A DNA stretch of 64,000 nucleotides from an uncultured Candidatus Saccharibacteria bacterium (GTDB taxonomy: Bacteria; Patescibacteriota; Minisyncoccia; UBA6257; Colwellbacteraceae), in NCBI GenBank assembly GCA_964609135.1, contig CAZSQQ010000002.1, positions 13,349 to 77,348 on the forward strand, given 5' to 3'. The notes below the pieces were generated by a model that was not told where the DNA came from, did no database searches, and was given only the letters and a program-made list of their open reading frames with translations. Every line of letters starts with the position of its first letter. Position 1 is the stretch's first letter. This document shows positions 1 to 9,297 of this stretch, in pieces. The translations under genes and the position numbers were made by a program.

Positions 1-301
1 TCCAATAATCACTCAGTTTTTCAAAAAATCCCTGCTCGTAATAAAAAAGTTTTAGAAAAGCGTTCAGTTGCTTTGGAGTTGGACGAGCCGGCAAGTGTTT
101 TCGCAAAATCTCTTCAACCCGGCCATGAAACACTTTATTGGAAAGGTCCTGCCGGGAAAATCCCACCACCTGAAACATCTCCGGTAACTTATCCTTTTCA
201 AACAAGTGAAAAAGAGCCGGTACAATCTTCTTGGCTATGAGGTCCCCGGTCGCGCCGAAAAGCACCAGGATGGTAGGAATGTTTGACGAATTATCCTTCA
301 T
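1..301 (-). CDS. zwf: glucose-6-phosphate 1-dehydrogenase, N-terminal part (runs off window edge)
   Basis: Manual translation from ATG at 301 gives MKDNSSNIPTILVLFGATGDLIAKKIVPALFHLF...VVGFSR, the G6PD NADP-binding motif GATGDL..KK..PAL; not in the ORF track. Confidence 0.9.
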   Translation of the reverse strand, partial: MKDNSSNIPTILVLFGATGDLIAKKIVPALFHLFEKDKLPEMFQVVGFSRQDLSNKVFHGRVEEILRKHLPARPTPKQLNAFLKLFYYEQGFFEKLSDYW

Positions 302-328
302 AACTCAACTGAAATTTTAGCACTAATC

Positions 329-356
329 CAAAAGAAAAACCGCCCGGGGCGGTTTT
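329..356 (-). terminator. intrinsic terminator
   Basis: AAAACCGCC-CGG-GGCGGTTTT hairpin followed by a T-run on the minus strand, downstream of 378..659. Confidence 0.7.
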
Positions 357-377
357 CCCATAATCCTACTTAAACCA

Positions 378-659
378 CTAGGCTGTTTTTACTCGGGCTC
401 CCTTTACCACCAGCCAGATAAACATAAGATAGCCGGCGACTATAATCAAATGGTCGATGTGATAATCCTCAATAAAGCCAATTCCCAAAAACTCGCCGGT
501 TGCATGCGCAAGGTTAGATATTCCAATAAAAGCGAGCGCGGCCACGGTTGCGGTCACGGCAGAATAAGTAAGACCCCGAGCCATCGCCCAGACGGCGCTC
601 GCAAGCGCTCCTGCCGCAAGAACTGTCATTACAATGCTGATAATTAAGTGAGTCGTCAT
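378..659 (-). CDS. small hypothetical membrane protein (about 3 TM)
   Basis: 93-aa hydrophobic ORF with ATG start, followed by a terminator. Confidence 0.7.
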   Translation of the reverse strand: MTTHLIISIVMTVLAAGALASAVWAMARGLTYSAVTATVAALAFIGISNLAHATGEFLGIGFIEDYHIDHLIIVAGYLMFIWLVVKGARVKTA

Positions 660-746
660 GGTTTATACTTTAATGGTGACTAAATTTGCTAACTCATCGA
701 CCTTGAACTGATTCAACATCATGATATCAGAAACTTAAAATAGGGG

Positions 747-1784
747 TCAAGTTAACCAAGGCTCAATTAATCCAAGTTTCTTATTAGCGCAGTCAATCTC
801 GGCTTTTACTCCAAGCGGCAAAATAATTTGCGGATCGGTGTGCCCGAAATCCACATTAGTAACTATGGGTAAATTAGGCTTTCCAAACTCCTGCGCAATA
901 ATAGAAACAATCTTTTCTTCTAATTTCACTTTCTCTTCATCGGAATAATCGCGCGCCCTTCCAAAAACTAATCCGTTAATCCTATCGAAAAAACCCTGCA
1001 TCCCATAATTTCGAAGAGCGTGATCAATCTCGTGAAGCGAGGGTTTTTCCTCGGATGTTTCCAAAAGGAAAATCTTACCGCTCAAAAATTCCGGCTTTGG
1101 CCAAAATTCAGTCGCTTTCATCATTTCCAGAACTTCCAAGCAACCGCCAAACAACTCTCCCTGAACAGTGCCCCTTCCCTGTAAAAATCTCCAGCCAGAA
1201 TTCTTTTTCAATTGTTTTACCTTGCCAAGATTGGTTTTATCTCCCCATTCCGGATAACCATCACAGTATTCCTCGTAAGCGACATACTCATAGGCATCTT
1301 TTGGTTCAAAAAACATCTCTCTAACGTGTTCCTTAAAAGTTGGAGGCAGGCTTTCCATTTGCGAAAATCCAGCCATAATCGAGGGCCCATAAAAAGTTAC
1401 TAATCCTAATTGATTGCAATAGGTATGTAGGGTTGTCGTATCAGAATAACCCATCAAAATTCTGGGGTTGTTCTTAATTATCTCTTTATCGAGGTACGGC
1501 AAAATTCTCACGGAGTCATCTCCGCCTATCGAAGTAAAAACTGCTTTTATACTACTATTACTAAATGCATCATTAATATCCCCGGCACGAACCTGCGGAT
1601 TATTTCGAAGATATTTAGCGTCTGCTCTAGCGGTTGGGTATTCTTTAACTTTCAATCCCCACTCTTCCAAAACTTTTAAACCATTCTCGTAAATATGCGG
1701 GAATACGCTCGGCCCTCCCCATGAAGGCGATAAGATTGCAACTGTATCACCTTGTTTTAATTTTTTGGGTTTTAAGTAGTTCAC
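747..1784 (-). CDS. LD-carboxypeptidase / MccF-like serine peptidase (S66)
   Basis: Motifs PKKLKQGDTVAILSPS, GGDDS, GYSDTT, ETSEE, DFGHTDP; likely start is GTG at 1784 because the longer ORF overlaps tRNA-Ser. Confidence 0.9.
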   Translation of the reverse strand: MNYLKPKKLKQGDTVAILSPSWGGPSVFPHIYENGLKVLEEWGLKVKEYPTARADAKYLRNNPQVRAGDINDAFSNSSIKAVFTSIGGDDSVRILPYLDKEIIKNNPRILMGYSDTTTLHTYCNQLGLVTFYGPSIMAGFSQMESLPPTFKEHVREMFFEPKDAYEYVAYEEYCDGYPEWGDKTNLGKVKQLKKNSGWRFLQGRGTVQGELFGGCLEVLEMMKATEFWPKPEFLSGKIFLLETSEEKPSLHEIDHALRNYGMQGFFDRINGLVFGRARDYSDEEKVKLEEKIVSIIAQEFGKPNLPIVTNVDFGHTDPQIILPLGVKAEIDCANKKLGLIEPWLT

Positions 1785-1792
1785 TTTTTGGG

Positions 1793-1879
1793 CGGAAGGG
1801 GCGAGATTCGAACTCGCGGTACCATTTCTGGCACACAGTCTTTCCAGGACTGCCATTTAAACCGCTCATGCACCCTTCC
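1793..1879 (-). tRNA. tRNA-Ser(GGA)
   Basis: GGAAGGG/CCCTTCC acceptor stem, CAGTC-CTGGAAA-GACTG anticodon arm, long variable arm, GTTCGAATC T-loop. Confidence 0.95.
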
Positions 1880-1904
1880 TTGACTTAAGACGATATTAGC
1901 TAAT

Positions 1905-2480
1905 TTATCTCGCTCTTACAACCCTATTTTTACCAGCTTTTTTGGCCTGATACATCGCCTTATCGGCTCTTTTAACCAAGTTATCAAGTGTGCTTTCCTT
2001 TTTCATCCCCGCCACTCCGAAACTGGCAGTCAAATAAATTTTCTTGCCCCTGAAAGCGACTGACATTCTTTCCACTTTCTCTCTTAAATTTTCGGCCACG
2101 AGCTCAGCGTCATTGCCGCTCGCGCCAACCAAGGCGACCACAAATTCTTCTCCGCCGAACCTGCCCACAATATCGTTATCCCGCAGGTGTTTCACAAAAA
2201 CTTCGGCCAGAGCTTTTAGGGCCGCGTCGCCAGCATTATGCCCATACTTATCATTCAACTTTTTGAAATTATCTATGTCGGCAAAAATGACGCTGAAGTC
2301 CCTCACAAAAAACTTTTTCCTCATAATTTTGTGATGAGCCGTTTCGTAAGCGGTTTTAAACATTTTTCCCGCTTCTTCCAAAAATCCTCGGCGATTATAA
2401 ACCCCGGTTAGCGGGTCTTTATAGACAAGTCCTTTTAACCGGGAAAGCTCTTTTTTAAGACCTTGAACCTCTTTCGTCAT
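1905..2480 (-). CDS. diguanylate cyclase (GGDEF domain)
   Basis: DPLTGVYNRR, DIDNFKKLND.YGH..GD, RFGGEEF, ADKAMY.AK..GKN; ATG at 2480 overlaps the htpX TAA (TAATG). Confidence 0.92.
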   Translation of the reverse strand: MTKEVQGLKKELSRLKGLVYKDPLTGVYNRRGFLEEAGKMFKTAYETAHHKIMRKKFFVRDFSVIFADIDNFKKLNDKYGHNAGDAALKALAEVFVKHLRDNDIVGRFGGEEFVVALVGASGNDAELVAENLREKVERMSVAFRGKKIYLTASFGVAGMKKESTLDNLVKRADKAMYQAKKAGKNRVVRAR

Positions 2481-3376
2481 TAAACTGACATTACTTTCAG
2501 AGCCTTGATGCGTTCCTGGATTGGCGGATGAGTCATAAAAAGCTTGGTAAGCCAATTAACTTTACCTTTACTGGCTTTAAACGGATTATCAAGCCAAAGA
2601 TGGGCGGTCGCGGTATTGGCTCTCTGCATAGAAGTAGTATCGGCCGAGATTTTTTGTAAGGCGCTTGCCAACCCCTCCGGATAGCGCGTAAGCAAAGCGC
2701 CGGAAGAATCAGCTAAAAATTCTCGACTGCGGGAGATAGCCAGTTGAATGAGGGTGGCGGTAAGAGGAGCTACGAAGGATAGTATTAGACCCACCAGAAT
2801 CATAAATCCTCCACCGTTTCTGTCGCGCCTGCCGCCTCCCCAAAACATTGAACGGAGGAATATATCGGCGAGGATGGACATAAAGCCGACCAAAATCACG
2901 GCCACGGTGGAAACCAACATATCGCGATTGCCTATGTGTGAGAGTTCGTGAGCAAGCACTCCTTCCAACTCGGTTTTATCAAGTTTTTCTAAAAGGCCAT
3001 CCGTTACAGCTACAACCGCATGATTAGCGTCCCTACCAGTTGCAAAAGCATTGAGAGCACGCTCTGGCACAACATAAATCCTGGGAGTGGGGAGGCCGGC
3101 GGTAATCGCTAAGTTCTCCACAATTCTATAAAGCTCGGGGTTGTCCTTCTTCTCAATCGGCTTCGCCCCCGCCATTTTCAAAACAATCCTGTCCGAATAC
3201 CAGAAACTCACAACGCTCATCAGAGTGCTGAAGATTACCGCAATCCAAAGAATGCTGGGATCACCGTAAGCTTGGCTAAATGTCCAACCTAAACCGATAA
3301 CAATAATTAAAAAGGCGCTGAACAGTATCCAAGTCTTGCGGATATTTTCAGATTTATGAGTGTAAAGCGATGTCAT
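2480..3376 (-). CDS. htpX: zinc metalloprotease HtpX (M48)
   Basis: NAFATG, HELSH, SRSREFLAD, THPP motifs. Confidence 0.95.
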   Translation of the reverse strand: MTSLYTHKSENIRKTWILFSAFLIIVIGLGWTFSQAYGDPSILWIAVIFSTLMSVVSFWYSDRIVLKMAGAKPIEKKDNPELYRIVENLAITAGLPTPRIYVVPERALNAFATGRDANHAVVAVTDGLLEKLDKTELEGVLAHELSHIGNRDMLVSTVAVILVGFMSILADIFLRSMFWGGGRRDRNGGGFMILVGLILSFVAPLTATLIQLAISRSREFLADSSGALLTRYPEGLASALQKISADTTSMQRANTATAHLWLDNPFKASKGKVNWLTKLFMTHPPIQERIKALKVMSV

Positions 3377-3927
3377 TAAAACTTAACTGGAACGGGTCTA
3401 TCCTCTTCTCCGGTAGTTTCAAAAAATTTATCTGATTTAAAACCGAAGGTGCCGGCAATTAAATTGGCGGGAAAACTCTCAACGGTCGAATTCAAATCCA
3501 TAACTGTTGAGTTATAGAAGCGACGAGCGGCCTGAATCTTGTCTTCGGTATCAGAAAGTTCGCTCTGCAAAGACAAGAAATTGGTGTTGGCTTTCAGATC
3601 CGGATAACTCTCGGCTACCGCGAAAAGAGTTTTTAAGGCGCCCGAGAGCATATTCTCTGATTTATCCCGTTCCAAGGGATTGCCGGCCTGGGAGACGCTG
3701 GCTCTCGCTCTCGTCACATTCTCTAAAACTCCCCGCTCGTGAGCCATATAACCCTTGACCATCTCCACCAGGTTGGGAATAAGGTCGAAACGCCTTTTCT
3801 CCTGGACGTCTATGTCGGATAGCGCCTCTCTAAGACGATTGCGCAGAGTGACCAACCCGTTGTAGGTCATAATGACCCATAAAATCACGACTCCGAATAT
3901 CACTAAGGCAATGTATAAGGTGTTCAT
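3376..3927 (-). CDS. lemA: LemA family protein
   Basis: YNGLV, RR.DLIPNLV, E.YPDLKAN, ARRFYN; adjacent to htpX. Confidence 0.95.
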   Translation of the reverse strand: MNTLYIALVIFGVVILWVIMTYNGLVTLRNRLREALSDIDVQEKRRFDLIPNLVEMVKGYMAHERGVLENVTRARASVSQAGNPLERDKSENMLSGALKTLFAVAESYPDLKANTNFLSLQSELSDTEDKIQAARRFYNSTVMDLNSTVESFPANLIAGTFGFKSDKFFETTGEEDRPVPVKF

Positions 3928-3936
3928 GGTTTTATT

Positions 3937-5568
3937 TTAATACTCGCCGGGCATTCCAGCCATACCTCCGCCGGCTGGCGGATTATCTTTCTTGGGAATT
4001 TCAGTGATGGCCGCACCCACAGTCAGGTAATTGGCGGCAACTGAAACCGCGTTCATAAAGGCCGTTTTCACGACCTTCAAGGGATCAATGATGCCAGCCG
4101 ACTTTAAGTCGCCTATGGTGTTCGTTAGGGCGTTAAAGCCAACCCAAGCATCGTTCTTATTCTTTAATTCATCGAGAACTTTACCGGATGATTCACCGCT
4201 ATTCGCGACGATGGCGCTAATGGGAGATAAAATCGCTTTCACTAAAATAGAATGAGCCGCTTCTTTAACGGGATCATCATATAACTCAATCATCTTCATG
4301 GCTACATTAAACAAAGCTACGCCTCCCCCAGGTACAATGCCCTCTTCCATGGCCGCGCGGGTGGCAGATACCGCATCCTCGACCCTTTGCTTCAAAGTTT
4401 TTTGTTCTGACTCTGTTGGCGCGCCGACTTTAATAACGGCTACACCGCCGGATAACTTTCCCAAACGCTCCTGTAATTTCTCTTTGTCAAAATCAGAATC
4501 GGTTTTCTTAATTTGAACCTTTATCTGGGCAATCCTGTCTGCAATCACCTTCTTGTCGCCTTTGCCTCCGACGATGGTAGTCGTGTCTTTGTTGGAAAGA
4601 ACTTTATGAGCGTGGCCTAAATCAGAAAGTTCAATATTCTCCAATTTCTTCCCTAAATCCTCTGAAATAAACTGGGCGCCGGAAACAATCGCAATGTCCT
4701 CAAGCATCTCCTTTCGTCTATCGCCGAATCCCGGAGCCTTGACTGCCAAAACATTAAAGACTCCACGAAGCTTATTAACTACCAACGTGGCTAAAGCTTC
4801 GCCCTCAACTTCATCGGCGATAATTACCAGCTCTTTCTTGCCGCTCTGAATGACTTTTTCCAAAAGCGGGAGCATCTCCTGAACCGAAGACACTTTTTTG
4901 TCGGTTACCAGCAGGTAAGGGTCCTCAAGGGATGCCTCCATCCGCTCGGCGTTCGTCATCATATAAGGAGAAACGTAACCCCTATCGAACTGCAATCCCT
5001 CAACTATCTCATGGGAACTGCCGATGGTATTGGAGTCTTCTATGGTAACCACTCCTTCCTTGCCGATTTTTTCCATCACCTCGGCTATAAGCTTCCCGAT
5101 TCCGGCATCTTTGGCTGAGAGAGTTGCTACTTCCTCAACTTTCTTAGGGTCGTTAATAAGTTCTCTCTGGGATTCTAAACGCTTAACGATAGCTTCACTC
5201 CCTTTCCTCAATTCCTCCGCGAGCTGAATGACATTAAAGCCCTTTTCTTTAATGGCTTTTTCACCCTCCTCAATCATGGCGTGAGCCAAAACTACCGAAG
5301 TAGTGGTACCGTCACCTACGTTATCATTGGTTTTATCGGCCGCTTGCTTAATAAATTCGGCTCCCAGGTTCTCGTACTTATCCTCAAGCTCAACTTCTTT
5401 GGCAACGGTCACCCCATCAAAAGTGACCTGGGGCGCACCATAACTTTTTTCAATAACCACTGCACGACCCCTCGGACCTAAGGTCATCCTGACCGCTTCG
5501 GCGAGCTTATCAATTCCTTTTTTTATCTTACCCCTTGCTTCTTCGTTAAAAACAATTTGTTTGGCCAT
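3937..5568 (-). CDS. groL: chaperonin GroEL
   Basis: [33 protein letters not shown] tail. Confidence 0.98.
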   Translation of the reverse strand: MAKQIVFNEEARGKIKKGIDKLAEAVRMTLGPRGRAVVIEKSYGAPQVTFDGVTVAKEVELEDKYENLGAEFIKQAADKTNDNVGDGTTTSVVLAHAMIEEGEKAIKEKGFNVIQLAEELRKGSEAIVKRLESQRELINDPKKVEEVATLSAKDAGIGKLIAEVMEKIGKEGVVTIEDSNTIGSSHEIVEGLQFDRGYVSPYMMTNAERMEASLEDPYLLVTDKKVSSVQEMLPLLEKVIQSGKKELVIIADEVEGEALATLVVNKLRGVFNVLAVKAPGFGDRRKEMLEDIAIVSGAQFISEDLGKKLENIELSDLGHAHKVLSNKDTTTIVGGKGDKKVIADRIAQIKVQIKKTDSDFDKEKLQERLGKLSGGVAVIKVGAPTESEQKTLKQRVEDAVSATRAAMEEGIVPGGGVALFNVAMKMIELYDDPVKEAAHSILVKAILSPISAIVANSGESSGKVLDELKNKNDAWVGFNALTNTIGDLKSAGIIDPLKVVKTAFMNAVSVAANYLTVGAAITEIPKKDNPPAGGGMAGMPGEY

Positions 5569-5573
5569 ATATA

Positions 5574-5930
5574 TTAGTCTTTATCCTTTGGTAAATTATC
5601 TAAAAATTTCTTTGCATCTGTGGCGGTAAATTCTTTGCCTCCCTCTATTATCGCTAAAATATCATCTTCGTCTCCGACCAAATATTTCTTGCCGTCAACT
5701 TCAATTTCATCAGGGCCGTACTTTTTAAACAAGACTGTGTCGCCGGGCTTCACCGACATCGGTACAAGTTCGCCTTTATCGTTTCTCTTGCCGGGACCAA
5801 CGGCCACTACTTTGCCCTGCATCGGCTTTTCCTTATCAGCCGTGTCGGGAATAACTATCCCCGACTTGGTAGTTTTTTCGTCCTCTGAAATTTCTATAAA
5901 AACGTGGTTGGAAAGAGGTTTTAGATTCAT
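5574..5930 (-). CDS. groS: co-chaperonin GroES
   Basis: LKPL..., TKSGIVIPDTA.KEKP, VVAVGPG; carries a roughly 20-aa C-terminal extension. Confidence 0.97.
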   Translation of the reverse strand: MNLKPLSNHVFIEISEDEKTTKSGIVIPDTADKEKPMQGKVVAVGPGKRNDKGELVPMSVKPGDTVLFKKYGPDEIEVDGKKYLVGDEDDILAIIEGGKEFTATDAKKFLDNLPKDKD

Positions 5931-5962
5931 ACTGCAGAATACATTTAATCAAGAAAGAAGAG

Positions 5963-6015
5963 TTTGTCAAGAATTTCCATCTTATTTGACAAAATACACA
6001 TTAAATGATAGCGTT
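5963..6015. promoter_or_regulatory. back-to-back sigma70-type promoters (groES on -, small ORF on +)
   Basis: TTTGTCAA...TTGACAAA gives divergent TTGACA -35 boxes; on + TTGACA-17-TAGCGT with an upstream TG. Confidence 0.55.
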
Positions 6016-6114
6016 TTCAGTGAAGTTCGCGATCCTAAGCAACGTAAAGGTTCCTTGGGTTCGCTGAAACCAGGGAACATTTACATAAGGGATTGAAGAA
6101 AGGGGGTGAAAAAC

Positions 6115-6249
6115 ATGATCCGATTCCTGTGTCTCTTGCGCGGGCATCTCTGGCACTCCGAGGAAGTTGCTCCCGGGAAATACGGGGGGTACAGATGCAC
6201 TCGGTGCGGCCAACCTTTCGTCCACATCTCTCTCATCTCTCAGGGCTGA
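6115..6249 (+). CDS. 44-aa small protein with a C-x4-H...C-x2-C motif (DUF1660-like putative zinc binder)
   Basis: MIRFLCLLRGHLWHSEEVAPGKYGGYRCTRCGQPFVHISLISQG; strong SD (AGGGGGTGA), upstream promoter and downstream terminator; below the ORF-track cutoff. Confidence 0.65.
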   Translation: MIRFLCLLRGHLWHSEEVAPGKYGGYRCTRCGQPFVHISLISQG

Positions 6250-6263
6250 CCTTGGCACCGCGT

Positions 6264-6329
6264 GCCCCGGTCCCTCACGGGGAGGTGGGGAGGACCGGGG
6301 CCGTCGCTGGTAGCGACGGCCTCTTTTTT
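6264..6329 (+). terminator. double hairpin plus T-tract terminator
   Basis: GCCCCGGTCC...GGACCGGGGC, then GGCCGTCGCT-GGT-AGCGACGGCC-TCTTTTTT. Confidence 0.8.
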
Positions 6330-7008
6330 ATTTCTTGCGGCGTTCCATCGCGAGCATCGCCTCGATACGCTTAGTATCCGGATGGAACTCCAGTTCGTTA
6401 TCGTTATAAACAATTCTCGGCTTATATCCCAAATCTGCTTTGACGCTGGACTTGATTAACTTTAATTGGACCCTTCTCTGAAGATTCTCAAAAAAGTTCC
6501 AGAACCAGTCGAACAATCCTGATTCGAAAAACTTTACAATTCCAAATTTTCCCTTTGAAGAATGACGTGAGTCGCGCGCAAGATACTCACGCTTAGGTTT
6601 TAACCAGTCGTTGGCTCTAAAAAACTCATTAACTTTTTCTATTTCTCCGAAAACCGGAACTAAATTACGGTAAAGCTCCCCCCAGTAAGCGTTATAAGGC
6701 GGTTTCAATTTGTAGCTTTTGGAAGTCACGAAGTGATTGAGACAAATCTTATCTTTAGCTTCATTCTTGTGCGTGAGCCCTCCCCTTCTCCATCTGGGGA
6801 TGCCTAACAAAAACCACGACAGTCCCCGTACCGTAAATATTCTCCCTTGTCTCGCACCGACAATCACATCGAAGTCGGAATTCTCGCTCACGTTCCCGGT
6901 TGCGAGCGACCCCGCCACCAATACAAAGTCCAAAAACGGGATAAACCTGAAGAGCCAAATTCTCCCTAACAGCTTCCGCCACTTTTTATCTAAAAGCTCA
7001 TTCCTCAT
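6328..7008 (-). CDS. nucleotidyltransferase-domain protein (Pol beta-like)
   Basis: GSLATG...SDFDV motif; KICLNHF motif. Confidence 0.75.
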   Translation of the reverse strand: MRNELLDKKWRKLLGRIWLFRFIPFLDFVLVAGSLATGNVSENSDFDVIVGARQGRIFTVRGLSWFLLGIPRWRRGGLTHKNEAKDKICLNHFVTSKSYKLKPPYNAYWGELYRNLVPVFGEIEKVNEFFRANDWLKPKREYLARDSRHSSKGKFGIVKFFESGLFDWFWNFFENLQRRVQLKLIKSSVKADLGYKPRIVYNDNELEFHPDTKRIEAMLAMERRKK

Positions 7009-8014
7009 CCTCCACTTCTTGAGGAGTGTTTATTACTACCGGGTCTATGCCGGGCTCTTCCCCGCTGATTCTAAGAACATCTTTATCAATCTTCCCCAAT
7101 TCTTTATAAGCATTGTTATACATATTTACGGTTGTCCCCAAGTGAGTCCCCAATTTTTCCATATAGGATTCGTAGCCGGCCAAGTGCCGACCCAATTCTC
7201 CCACTCTCTTTTGGATTTCCTTGGCGGATTCCTCGATCTGCATCGCCTTCAACCCCTGCATAACCGTCTGAAGATAGGCCAAGAACGAACTGGGAGAAAC
7301 AATCACCACCTTCTTCTCACCCATGGCGTATTCAATAAGGTCCCTGGTATTGGTTTTAATGGCCCCGATTTTATTCACGAGCAGATCATAATAAACCGCC
7401 TCGGCGGGAATAAACATAAAAGCGAAATCCATCGTTCCTTCGTCCGGCTTGATGTATTTTGAGGTTTCATCAATCCGGGCCTTCAAATCTTCTTTGAAAG
7501 CCGACTCCAATCTTTCCCTTTCAGCCTCGTCTCTCACGTCCAAAAGCCGCTGATAATTTTCCAGACTGAACTTGGAATCAATGGGAATCACTTTGTCGCG
7601 GATTTTGATGACGAAGTCCACCGCCGTACCATCTTTAAATTTATACTGCCGCTCATAATTGTGCGGGAAATAATTCTGCAAGATTACTTCCAGCGAATAC
7701 TCTCCCAAAATCCCACGCTGTTTCGGGTTCTTCAGAATATCCTGCATATTTCTTAACTGGTCGGCGAAATTAACAACCTGGCGGTTGGTTTCATCAAGCT
7801 TGGTAAGCCGCTCGGTTACATCGCGGATTATCTCCCGGCTTTGGCTGAACTGCACGCCGAGCTTGGAATCCAAGGTTCTTGTTATTTCATTCATCTGGTT
7901 TTGGAGAAGTAAAAGCGACTTGTCGTCAACCGACTCCTTTTTACGCAGCAATAAGAAAAGGTTAACCGCCAAAGCGCCTAAGATGATGAGTAGAAGCAAG
8001 GTAACGGTATCCAT
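6998..8014 (-). CDS. rmuC: DNA recombination protein RmuC
   Basis: N-terminal TM, coiled coil, RG.LGE, IDSKF, DFAFMFIPAEAVY, VSPS. Confidence 0.93.
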   Translation of the reverse strand: MDTVTLLLLIILGALAVNLFLLLRKKESVDDKSLLLLQNQMNEITRTLDSKLGVQFSQSREIIRDVTERLTKLDETNRQVVNFADQLRNMQDILKNPKQRGILGEYSLEVILQNYFPHNYERQYKFKDGTAVDFVIKIRDKVIPIDSKFSLENYQRLLDVRDEAERERLESAFKEDLKARIDETSKYIKPDEGTMDFAFMFIPAEAVYYDLLVNKIGAIKTNTRDLIEYAMGEKKVVIVSPSSFLAYLQTVMQGLKAMQIEESAKEIQKRVGELGRHLAGYESYMEKLGTHLGTTVNMYNNAYKELGKIDKDVLRISGEEPGIDPVVINTPQEVEDEE

Positions 8015-8054
8015 AGGGTTTATCAATAGTGAATTATATAAGATAATGAAGATA

Positions 8055-9296
8055 ATGGGAAAAAAGATAGTCATTTTGGGCGCCGGTTTCGGAGGACTTC
8101 ACGCGGCAATGGTATTGGGCAAGAAAATCGGCAGACGAAATGAGGTGATACTAATTGACCGAAACCCGTATCACACTTACACCCCTACGCTTTATGAAAT
8201 CGCCACCACCTCCAAAGAGGTGGCTAATTTGGTTGATTTAAAATCAATTGTCACCTTCCCGATTGCTGAAATCCTGAAGGGTATGCCCGTCGGATTCACA
8301 GAGGCCGAGATCAAAGAGCTTGATTTGAAAGGGGGCGATATTCACCTCGACGATGGCCAAAAGTTAAAGTACGACTTTCTCATCATCGCTCTTGGAGCAG
8401 AAACAAATTACTTCAACATCCCTGGGCTTAAAGAAAATTCTCTCGATCTGAAAAGTTTCAACGAGGCTGTTAAAATCCGCGACACTGTCTGGAATTTGAT
8501 AGACGGCGGAAATAAAAATGTAAAAATATTAATCGGGGGAGGGGGTTCAACCGGAGTTGAACTTGCTGGAGAACTACAGCAATGGCTCTGTGAATTCGAT
8601 AAAGGACACAAGAAGTGTTTTGCGGAGGTAAAAATAATCGAAGCCGGGCCGAGTATTCTAAACGGCTTTCCCAAAACAGTTGTCGAAAAGGTGATGAGAC
8701 GTCTTGCACGCCTTGCGGTTGAAGTAATTACAAACGAGGCAATTAAGGAAGTTGCCAAAAAAGAAGTTTTATTAAATAGCGGCAAGAAAATTCCTTTTGA
8801 CGTTTTAATATGGGCGGGAGGAGTAAAAGCCAATTCCCTAACGAGTGGCCTACCGCTAAAAATAGAAAGGCGGGGCAGGGCGGAAGTCATGCCGGGGATG
8901 ATATGTCTCCCTGAATCACCAGAGCTGAAACTCTTCGGAAAAATTTACGGATTGGGAGACGTAACGTGCTTTTATAAGAACGACGGTACACCGATACCCA
9001 GTGTTGCGAGAGCAGCTATTTCTCAAGCCGATATTGTTGCCAAGAACATAATTTGCGATATCTACGGGAAGGAGCCGGTGAAATATAAGCCGACAGAATA
9101 TCCTTATATAATCCCGGTTGGCGGCAAATACGCGGTTGCGAAAGTAGGGCCAATAATTATCTCCGGATTCTCGGCTTGGATCCTTAAAGGATTTGTTGAG
9201 TTAAATTACTTGCTATCAATAATGCCGCCAGGCCGAGCTGTAAAAACTTGGCTTAGGGGTCTAAAAATCTTTATCCAAAACGATCGTTTGGGATAA
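8055..9296 (+). CDS. ndh: type II NADH dehydrogenase / NAD(P)/FAD-dependent oxidoreductase
   Basis: GAGFGG, YDFLIIALG, GGGSTGVELAGE, WAGG, GD motifs; ATG at 8046 or 8055. Confidence 0.85.
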   Translation: MGKKIVILGAGFGGLHAAMVLGKKIGRRNEVILIDRNPYHTYTPTLYEIATTSKEVANLVDLKSIVTFPIAEILKGMPVGFTEAEIKELDLKGGDIHLDDGQKLKYDFLIIALGAETNYFNIPGLKENSLDLKSFNEAVKIRDTVWNLIDGGNKNVKILIGGGGSTGVELAGELQQWLCEFDKGHKKCFAEVKIIEAGPSILNGFPKTVVEKVMRRLARLAVEVITNEAIKEVAKKEVLLNSGKKIPFDVLIWAGGVKANSLTSGLPLKIERRGRAEVMPGMICLPESPELKLFGKIYGLGDVTCFYKNDGTPIPSVARAAISQADIVAKNIICDIYGKEPVKYKPTEYPYIIPVGGKYAVAKVGPIIISGFSAWILKGFVELNYLLSIMPPGRAVKTWLRGLKIFIQNDRLG

Positions 9297-9297
9297 C

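Noticed and set aside
317-324. CIRCE element (TTAGCACT)
   Set aside because: Only a half-site, with no GAGTGCTAA partner, and not upstream of a chaperone gene.
1785-1856. N-terminal extension of the S66 ORF (MAVLERL...)
   Set aside because: It is a translation of tRNA-Ser; GTG 1784 is the better start.
6001-6459. ORF-track ORFs 6001..6258, 6093..6374 and 6262..6459
   Set aside because: They have no motifs and run through hairpins; the 44-aa ORF at 6115 has the SD, promoter and terminator support.
7785-8045. Long N-terminus of the 503-aa ORF
   Set aside because: It is antisense to rmuC; the Rossmann motif begins at MGKKIVILGAG.
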